A stretch of DNA of 64,000 nucleotides from Klebsormidium nitens (taxonomy: Eukaryota > Plantae > Klebsormidiophyceae): the NCBI GenBank assembly GCA_000708835.1, contig DF236975.1, positions 124,001 to 188,000 on the forward strand, given 5' to 3'. Positions 59,529 to 64,000 of the stretch are shown piece by piece. Numbering within the stretch: the first letter of the stretch is position 1; each line of letters starts with the position of its first letter. Under the pieces are notes generated by a model. That model ran no database searches. It had not been told where the DNA came from and saw only the letters and a program-made list of their open reading frames with translations. A program made the translations under genes and the position numbers.

Positions 59529-61837
59529 ATGGCAGGCCGAATGGGGCCCAACTCTGTCTCCTACATCCAGCCAGCTCGAAAACTTCGGTGGCAAGAAGTG
59601 TTTCAAGCCCCAGCGGGCAAGCATTATTCTGGCTCCTCTGGTATAGGCATAAATTCCTTGGTGGCCTATGAAATGAGGCCTGATACTCTGCTAGGGATAG
59701 CGGAGGTGAATGACGTTGAGAAGCTCAACTCAAGGAAGAACTGGATTGTGGGAGCCCTGGAGCCCTTTTCCAGGAGTAAGGCTGCCGAGAAGGAGTGGAA
59801 GGTAGGCGTTTGAAAAAATGTGGTGGTAGCCCCAGCTAGAGCGCGACACTCTGGGGATTCCCAACCTGCTGGTTGGAACATAAAGGTTGTAAAATGAAGG
59901 TTTATGCTGATTCCCAGCTTTAGAGAATCCACCAATGCCAGTCAACATTTTTAGCATCCGTCCATCTGCTATAGATTAAAGACCCACTCACAAAGGTGGT
60001 CAAAGTTTGGCCTCATACACACGGGTGACCTGTGCTGCTATGCTCCCATTGTTAAAGTGCGCAACCCTTAACTCTCTCCCGGATGAACAGCCTTTGCCCC
60101 AGCTGAGTCTTCTCGTGGCTTCTTTTTCCCCGGAGGTTCAGACTCTTCTCTCCAGGATTCAGAACGATGGAACTCGAACACGCCAAGTCCAGTAAATGCT
60201 TGTAGTTCTCCAGGATGTTGAGTGTTCCAGGCAGTACTCAAACTGAGTCAAACTGATTCCTTTTTCCAGGCTGTGACGCACGCCCTGTTTGGGGACCAGA
60301 ACTTTGCTCAACTCGACTTCAAGGCAAACTATTTTATCCGAGGAAATGCCGTCCCCTTCCCCACGGAAGCTTTTGTCAAGCGGGCCGGCGGAAGCGCCAC
60401 CGATGAGGTCCGGCTGCTGGTGCTATGCCCAGAGAGAGGAAAGAACGGTTGGCCAAACTGGGTGGCTACAACAGAGGAGCTCATGAAGGTGACTACCTAC
60501 CCATCCCTAGTTAAGGAGGATTCACAATGATTGGGTCTGCTGCGGCCTTCATCTCGTGACTTTCAAGGACCAGGATCTCTGCTTGCAACCTTGAAGCATC
60601 CACCGTTGCCTACTTGTGCCGAGTCGCCTTCTTCGATCTGCGCTTCGCTATGTAAACATGATCTCAACAGCCCAGTGTCAGTCAGTAGCCAACTTCTTCT
60701 GGACATGTCCATCCTCCCTCATTTCTGGTGGTTTCTAATCTTCATCTTAACCCTCAGTCAGACAGATATTGATCTGGTCATTCCTGAAAGTCAGCATACC
60801 CAGCTTAACGGGTAACGACATACCGCACAGTTAATGTCTAGATGAGCCTCATTGGGCTTAATAGCCTTTTTGCATCTGAATCATACCCGTAGAAACACAG
60901 TAACCCAAACTCCAATATTAGAACTGCCCGCTATCCAGATTTCAGAACCACCGGCGCATTCGATGACTTGGATCGGGCTTTCAGCACTGGATGCTTACAA
61001 TGGCACCTCAAGCAGTTCTCATGACCGTTCTGTTGGTCTTTTCGACTCCGGAACAGGGCTTGTCAGACAGTCGACTGTCTTGTCATCGTGAGAACTGTGC
61101 AGCAATGTGAGTGCGTTCGGAACTTGATTTTGCAGGAGGAAATGTTTGACGAAGTTTTCCAGTCGGGTCAACTGATGCCCGACGCGGCAACGAAGTCCGG
61201 AACCAGCCGATGGCCCTACACTGCGGCAGCGGTTATCTTTACTGAAACCACCGGTGCGAGCCAGAAACCACCAGGCAAGTCTGCCGGGCCCGGAAGCACC
61301 GAGAAAGTGGGCGGTAGCTCGAAACGAAAACTGCACATCGTGAACATACTGTTTGATACGACGAAACTGCCCATGGACAAAGGTACCCAGATTGCAGAGG
61401 GCTTGTACCAGATCCTGCACGGATTCCTGGCGTTTGCCGCACGGGGGGCAGACCAACCGGGCAGTCCAGGCGACCAAAACCGCCCGGTAAAAGCGGGCGG
61501 GGAACCCAAACCGGAAACACAAACCGGGAAAGCTGCCAGTCGAATACAAGTCGATCTTCCCGAGTTTCTTGTCTCGGGAAGTTGGCCCGAGGAGTGGAGA
61601 CGGGAGATGAGGATAGCGGTCGATGCGCTCGGATTCGTGAAAGGGAATTTCGGTTGGGTACATCAGTTGAAGGCGTGTTCGCAGTGCGGGGCGTGGGATC
61701 GGAAGGTGCAGGCGTGCAGCGCGTGCAGTCGGGTAAAGTATTGCTCGCAAGCGTGCCAGAGAGCGGCGTGGAACAACGGACACAAGCAGGAGTGTAAGGA
61801 GTTCCGGGCTTCGAAGGAGTCGTCGGAAGCATCATAA
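59529..61837 (+). CDS. Protein with a C-terminal MYND zinc finger, ~397 aa
   Basis: Exons 59529-59801, 60270-60488, 61136-61837, phase 0. CSQCGAWDRKVQACSACSRVKYCSQACQRAAWNNGHKQEC is a canonical zf-MYND. A probable 5' UTR intron lies upstream (donor ~58936, acceptor ~59446). Confidence 0.85.
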
Positions 61838-63669
61838 AATTGCTAGGAAGTGCAGGTGGAGTCTAGATGGTGACCATGTACATAAGCGCCTACGAATGAA
61901 GGACGTGTTGGCAAGTCTACGGACGGCCGGTCGGCATGAACGCGTGTCGATGATCAAGTCATGAAGTGCGCTGTCATCTTTGAAGCATGTGCGCAAGGTG
62001 GATGGGATATCTAGCTAGGGTGATCCGAACTGAAGTGCTGTATGCAACCTGTTCACATTATGTTTGGACAGTGACATGAACTTTAACTAGGAAGTCGATA
62101 GCGCCCGCGCCGAAATCATACTAGCAGGGGACGGTTCCGTCGAATGTTTTTCAGGTTTTATATGACTAGCTTGCCGTGCAATAATAGCCTCAGAAGTGCA
62201 ACGCATGCGCCTTTCAAATTCTGTGGTTCAACGGTTCCGCAAGAATTCCATGAGCGGGAAAACTCAAGTTGAATGCAGCTCGCGCAGTATATGAGTCTGG
62301 CCGGAGTCACCGTTTGCTCGCGGATGCTGCGCGTGCGCCGGCGGGCCCGCTGCCCGTTGAATGTAATGTGATGGTCACTATAAAAAGTCCGGTGCGCTGG
62401 ATCGAAACGTGCACGGCCTGCCCGGCGGCCCTGCCCCATGGGCCACATTCCCGCGCGATCCTGTTCAACATTGGCTACACCGGGCCCACTGGACATGGCT
62501 GGCGGTAAACACGTTCAACAGGTGCGGCTGTTCAATGCCGCTGGCTTGCGCCTGATTGAAAAATGGTCTATGCTAGCTCCCGGGCCTGGCATGCATGCAA
62601 TCTGTACAACTCATCTCAAGCCTTCTTTACAATGTTTGCACTTAAAATTGTTGCCTGGTTTTGATCGAACTATTGCCAAACATGCAGTTAGCATGTATGA
62701 CCGTCCTCTTTCACCTGCTAATCCAGTAACTCGGTGAATAAGATGTGCTTCTGTGTCCGGCACTGATCGCATATATCATATGCGGCCGTCGGAATCTTGT
62801 TCGGCAAGTGACCACCGTCCGTCCAGGTATTGCAGCTATTCTTCCTATATTGAAACTCAATAGGACCGTCTAAAGCCCTTGTGTCTAGATTGGACTGCAA
62901 CGCAGGTGTTGATCCTCGGCACGGGACGATCCTAGCATTCTATACTTGGACTATATATTGGTCGGCTCTTTGGGTCCTTGTATTCTCCAATCACCATGTG
63001 TGCGTTTTGTCTGAAGAGAAGGAGAGGAAGCAGTCAGTTAATTTTTCACGTCAAAGAGGTCTTTGAAAACTTGACAAAGGCAGCCCCTCTTCTGAATGGT
63101 TAGACATCGCAGGTAAAAATCACCTTCAACGGTAATCCACCCGCGACACTTCCGGATCCATCAGACGGACTCTGCTCTACGACATTATTAACTGAACAGG
63201 GTCAAAAACACGTAACGATTTAGCTGACGACTACCCCATGTGACCGCACTTCGACGCGTACGCAGAAGCTTGAGCGCCTTGCAGGGACGTTGTGTTGATT
63301 GAAGATGCGCTATGAACGCAAGAGGTCTCAGTCCCGCTTTTCATAAACCCGCCAATTTCCATGTACTGTCCTTTCCTAAGCACACTCTCATCTTGTGGAC
63401 CTCGAGTCTTCGAGTTAGAATGGGCACATCTCCTTTCAGAGAACAGTTTTGCTTAGCGAAGCCACTCGGCAAGACAAAGACACCCGGACGACACCACCGG
63501 GGAGTTGGACAACGACAGCCAAGTCTCAGTTTCTGACTGCCTTGAGAGCTTGGTGACCTAGTGACGTACTAGATTCCCGCCACCAGGACCTTAGGGGTAG
63601 CGCTTGCTGATCAATTGAGAGGTATCTCAAATGCATGTTTACTAAGGGTCATGCTGACGAAGGGAAGTG

Positions 63670-63773
63670 CCCGGAAGACGGGTGGGGTGCTTTGGGTGTT
63701 CAGGTTGAGGAGTCAGGACAGTTGCGGAGCATTTGATCTCTAGGTTTAGGCTTTTGATTCTACTTTCCCCCGG
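63670..63773 (-). repeat. Third copy (reverse orientation) of the CCCGGGGGAC-ended repeat family
   Basis: The reverse complement aligns with 21590-21676 (AAAAxCCTAAxCC...GCTCCGCA...ACCCCACCCGTCxxCCGGGC). Confidence 0.6.
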
Positions 63774-64000
63774 ACCACGACACCAGTCAATGTGTCCTCA
63801 GCCAACTTGAAATCGAGAAGTATCCGATTGGATACCAGCGGCGACAGACGTCCATGCTTAGGCAATATGCATTTCCGAACCATGCTTATCGCAAGGAGCC
63901 CGCCGGCGACCCGACGCGTGGAGCTTCTGAATGCCGCCTTTGACCCTCACCTGGCAAGCTTGAGTCCCGAGCGGAGGGCCCAGTCAATCAGCTTTGGGTA

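Overview
Eukaryotic, intron-rich nuclear DNA. TTTTAGGG telomere-type repeats, GC-rich exons and a plant-like gene set suggest a streptophyte green alga such as Klebsormidium (inference). All gene models were built by hand from GT/GC-AG sites with reading-phase checks, and all family calls are from recalled motifs, not database searches. Genes: a signal-anchored coiled-coil protein (2.4-7.0 kb, +), two tandem 7-exon SLAC1/SLAH anion-channel paralogs (11.0-14.5 and 15.8-20.7 kb, -), TSPO (23.4-26.7 kb, +), an F-box/LRR-like protein (28.5-30.4 kb, +), MAD2 (32.7-36.0 kb, -) head-to-head with an AKTIP-like UEV (37.1-39.9 kb, +), a divergent cyclin-box protein (41.8-44.9 kb, +), an AHK1-like hybrid histidine kinase (47.3-57.5 kb, -) and a MYND-finger protein (59.5-61.8 kb, +). 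Mobile or foreign DNA: a 5'-truncated RTE/RTEX-type LINE, a second LINE 3' end beside a 230-N gap, two fossils resembling the RT of TATE/VIPER tyrosine-recombinase retroelements, a small dispersed repeat family with CCCGGGGGAC-type ends, and a mitochondrial nad4 fragment. The most striking feature is a head-to-head (TTTTAGGG)3(CCCTAAAA)4 telomere-fusion-like palindrome that cuts one SLAC paralog in the middle of TM10 and supplies its stop codon.
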